A DNA stretch of 49,710 nt from Actinomycetota bacterium (GTDB lineage Bacteria; Actinomycetota; Acidimicrobiia; IMCC26256; VFJJ01): assembly GCA_009886115.1 (NCBI GenBank), contig VFJJ01000130.1, positions 1 to 49,710 of the forward strand. Direction: 5' to 3'. The stretch's first letter is position 1. The number at the start of each line of letters is the position of its first letter. Both the position numbers and the translations under genes were made by a program. Shown here piece after piece: positions 47,735 to 49,710 of the stretch. The notes beneath the pieces were generated by a model. That model was given only the letters and a program-made list of their open reading frames with translations. It made no database searches and was not told where the DNA came from.

Positions 47735-48682
47735 TCAGACGGCTTCGAGGAGTGACCTGCTGTCGAGGGTCTCGGCCTTGACCCGGAGCTTGGCGAGCGT
47801 CTGCTTCTCGATCTGCCGCACGCGCTCCTCGCTCAAGCCGAGCTTCTTCGAGATCTGCACGAGGGTGTGATCGGGCCCGTCGAGGCCGTAGCGCCAGCGG
47901 ATCACGGTACGTGAGGTCTCGTCGAGACCGGCGAGGAGCCGTTCGATCTCGAGGGGCAGCATCGAACGGGCGACCTCGTCGAACGGTGACATCGCGCTGT
48001 CGGCCACGAAATCGCCGCGGGAGTCGTCGCCGTCCTCACCGATGCCCTCGTCGAGGGAGATGGGGTCGGATGCCGCCGTGAGCAGCTCGACGACCCGGGC
48101 CAGCGTGAGCCCGGTCTCGGCGACGAGCTCCGACAGAGTGGCCTGTCGACCCTGTCGGGCCTCGAACTCGATCTGGGCCCGCAACACCCGGGTGAGGGCG
48201 TCGCCGGAGTGCAGCGGCATCCGGATGACCCGGGCCGAGTTGGCCACGCCGCGCTGGATCGACTGACGGATCCACCACGTGGCGTAGGTCGAGAACTTGA
48301 AGCCCTTGCGCCAGTCGAACTTGTCGACGGCGTGCATCAGGCCGAAGTTGCCCTCCTGGACGAGATCGAGGAGCGGCAGGCCCGAGGACTGGTACTTCTT
48401 GGCCACCGACACGACGAGGCGGAGGTTGGCGTTGATGAACTGCTGACGGGCCTCGGCCCCGGCCAGGACCGCAGCGCGGAGCTTGCGACGCTCGCCGATG
48501 GGGACCGTGCGTCCCGCTTCAGCTGCGGCGCGCAGGGCTGCCTCGGCCTCACGGCCGTCTTCGATCTGCTTGGAGAGCTGGGATTCGTCGTCCTTGGTCA
48601 GGAGACGATGCTGACTGATGTCGTCGAGGTAGAGACGTACGAGATCTTCGTCCCGCTCAAGCGGGCGCCGCTTGGTGTGCAT
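47735..48682 (-). CDS. Group 2 sigma70 factor (SigB/HrdD-like, no region 1.1)
   Basis: DLVRLYL, ANLRLVVSVAKKY, DLVQEGN, FKFSTYATWWIRQ, ERVRQIE. Confidence 0.93.
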   Translation of the reverse strand: MHTKRRPLERDEDLVRLYLDDISQHRLLTKDDESQLSKQIEDGREAEAALRAAAEAGRTVPIGERRKLRAAVLAGAEARQQFINANLRLVVSVAKKYQSSGLPLLDLVQEGNFGLMHAVDKFDWRKGFKFSTYATWWIRQSIQRGVANSARVIRMPLHSGDALTRVLRAQIEFEARQGRQATLSELVAETGLTLARVVELLTAASDPISLDEGIGEDGDDSRGDFVADSAMSPFDEVARSMLPLEIERLLAGLDETSRTVIRWRYGLDGPDHTLVQISKKLGLSEERVRQIEKQTLAKLRVKAETLDSRSLLEAV

Positions 48683-48759
48683 ACGCGGTCCTTCTGTCAC
48701 AGAACCCAACCTGGATGCACCGGGTTCTGTTCCCGGATGTGACCAGATAGCGTTCCGAC

Positions 48760-49046
48760 ATGGTTCGAGCCGAATAGAACGGGGCGGTCATCGCTGAGAG
48801 CGACAAGACGGTGGTGGTCGAAGGCAACCACTACTTTCCCAGGACGGCCGTGAGAGACGAATACCTCGCCCCGAGCACCACCCAAACCATCTGCCCCTGG
48901 AAGGGAACCGCAGGGTACCACTCAATCGTCGTGAACGGTGAAACCAATACCGATGCCGCCTGGTACTACCCCAACCCTCAGCCGCAGCGGCCGAGATCGC
49001 CGACCATGTGGCGTTCTGGCGTGGCGTCCGGGTGATCACGAGCTGA
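48760..49046 (+). pseudogene. DUF427 family pseudogene
   Basis: MVRAE*NGAVIAESD..VEGNHYFP..CPWKG..AWYYP; TAG at 48775 where W is expected; frameshift near 48975 before AAEIADHVAFWRGV. Confidence 0.88.
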
Positions 49047-49066
49047 ACTTGGGGCGGTTCGCGAAC

Positions 49067-49094
49067 CTCACGCGGTCGCGTTCGGGGCCGATAG
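49067..49094 (+). promoter_or_regulatory. Sigma28-like promoter of the CopC-domain gene
   Basis: CTCA-N16-GCCGATAG, 7 nt before GTG 49102. Confidence 0.55.
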
Positions 49095-49101
49095 GGGTAC
49101 C

Positions 49102-49710
49102 GTGCTCCGGATGATCCGCCGACTGCTGATGATCGCGGCTCTGCTGGCTGGGACACTCGGGGCCACCGTGGCGACCGTGGCTTCGGCCCGACCCGCGGCG
49201 GCTCACGCCGACTTCGTCGGCAGCACCCCGGCCGACGGATCGACGCTGATCGAGGCGCCGACGACGGTCGTCCTCGAGTTCAGCGAGCCGGCATCGTCGA
49301 CGGCGGCCGAGTTCCAGCTCTTCGACCCGTCGGGCACGCTCGTTCCCGGCGTCACGCTGGTCACCACGACCTCACCCAGCGCGAGCTTCGAGCTCACCCT
49401 GCCCAACGGCCTCGCCTCGGGAACCTGGGTCGTGGTCTGGCAGGGCCTCGTGAGCCTGGAAGGTCATGGGATCTCCGGGCAGATCCGGTTCAGCATCGGA
49501 GCGCCCACCGCCGGGGGAGCGGTCGCGATTGCCACCGCCGACGATGCCGGAGGCTGGGTCGACACCAGCACCGACGCGGTCAAGGCCCTCTGGTTCGTAG
49601 CCTTCGCCGTGGTGGTCGGGGCGCTCGTGCTCATGGTCTGGGGCCTCGCCCGCTCGGCGGCCCCGGCACCGGCTGCCACCGACGCCGTCGAGGCCCGCAC
49701 CATCGAGACC
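49102..49710 (+). CDS. CopC-domain copper-binding membrane protein (runs off window end)
   Basis: Not in ORF track; signal peptide then AHADFVGSTPADGSTL...LEFSEP...VVWQGLVSLEGHGISGQIRFSIG, followed by a TM segment. Confidence 0.88.
   Translation, partial: MLRMIRRLLMIAALLAGTLGATVATVASARPAAAHADFVGSTPADGSTLIEAPTTVVLEFSEPASSTAAEFQLFDPSGTLVPGVTLVTTTSPSASFELTLPNGLASGTWVVVWQGLVSLEGHGISGQIRFSIGAPTAGGAVAIATADDAGGWVDTSTDAVKALWFVAFAVVVGALVLMVWGLARSAAPAPAATDAVEARTIET

Noticed and set aside
48775..48777. Programmed amber read-through in DUF427
   Set aside because: The position is normally Trp (one transition from TGG) and the gene has a second lesion

Overview
High-GC actinobacterial DNA; an Acidimicrobiia-like origin is inferred from protein families, not proven. 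1-23652 and 36408-40217 are two arms of a flagellar locus: fliC N-terminus, fliS, flgBC, fliE, fliI, fliJ, SLT, fliK, flgDE, flbD, fliLM, fliY, cheY, fliOPQR, flhBA, a GTPase-less flhF, HD-GYP, fliA, two flgN, flgKL, fliW and csrA. A ~12.6 kb block separates the arms. It carries a reductive pyrimidine/beta-alanine catabolic operon (nitrilase, hydantoinase, MmsA, F420-type LLM oxidoreductase, ABC transporter, aminotransferase), a MocR regulator and an SDR. 40295-49710 holds a degenerate GGDEF protein, a DUF3754 remnant, a P450, an MDMPI, zinc-free rpmB/rpmG, a FAAL, an ECF sigma/anti-sigma pair, a group-2 sigma70, a DUF427 pseudogene and a CopC-domain gene. Highlights: (i) fliF-fliG-fliH and motA-motB are cleanly absent from their canonical slots, while filament, hook, export gate, FliM/FliY and CheY genes remain; (ii) a candidate sigma28-driven, terminator-bounded, GGA-hairpin sRNA lies between fliS and flgB, with GGA-loop hairpins also in the fliC, flhB and csrA leaders (a CsrA network); (iii) ten sigma28-like promoters, several leaderless, including ones before the GNAT and CopC genes; (iv) the pyrimidine operon has an F420-type LLM enzyme where PreT/PreA would be expected.
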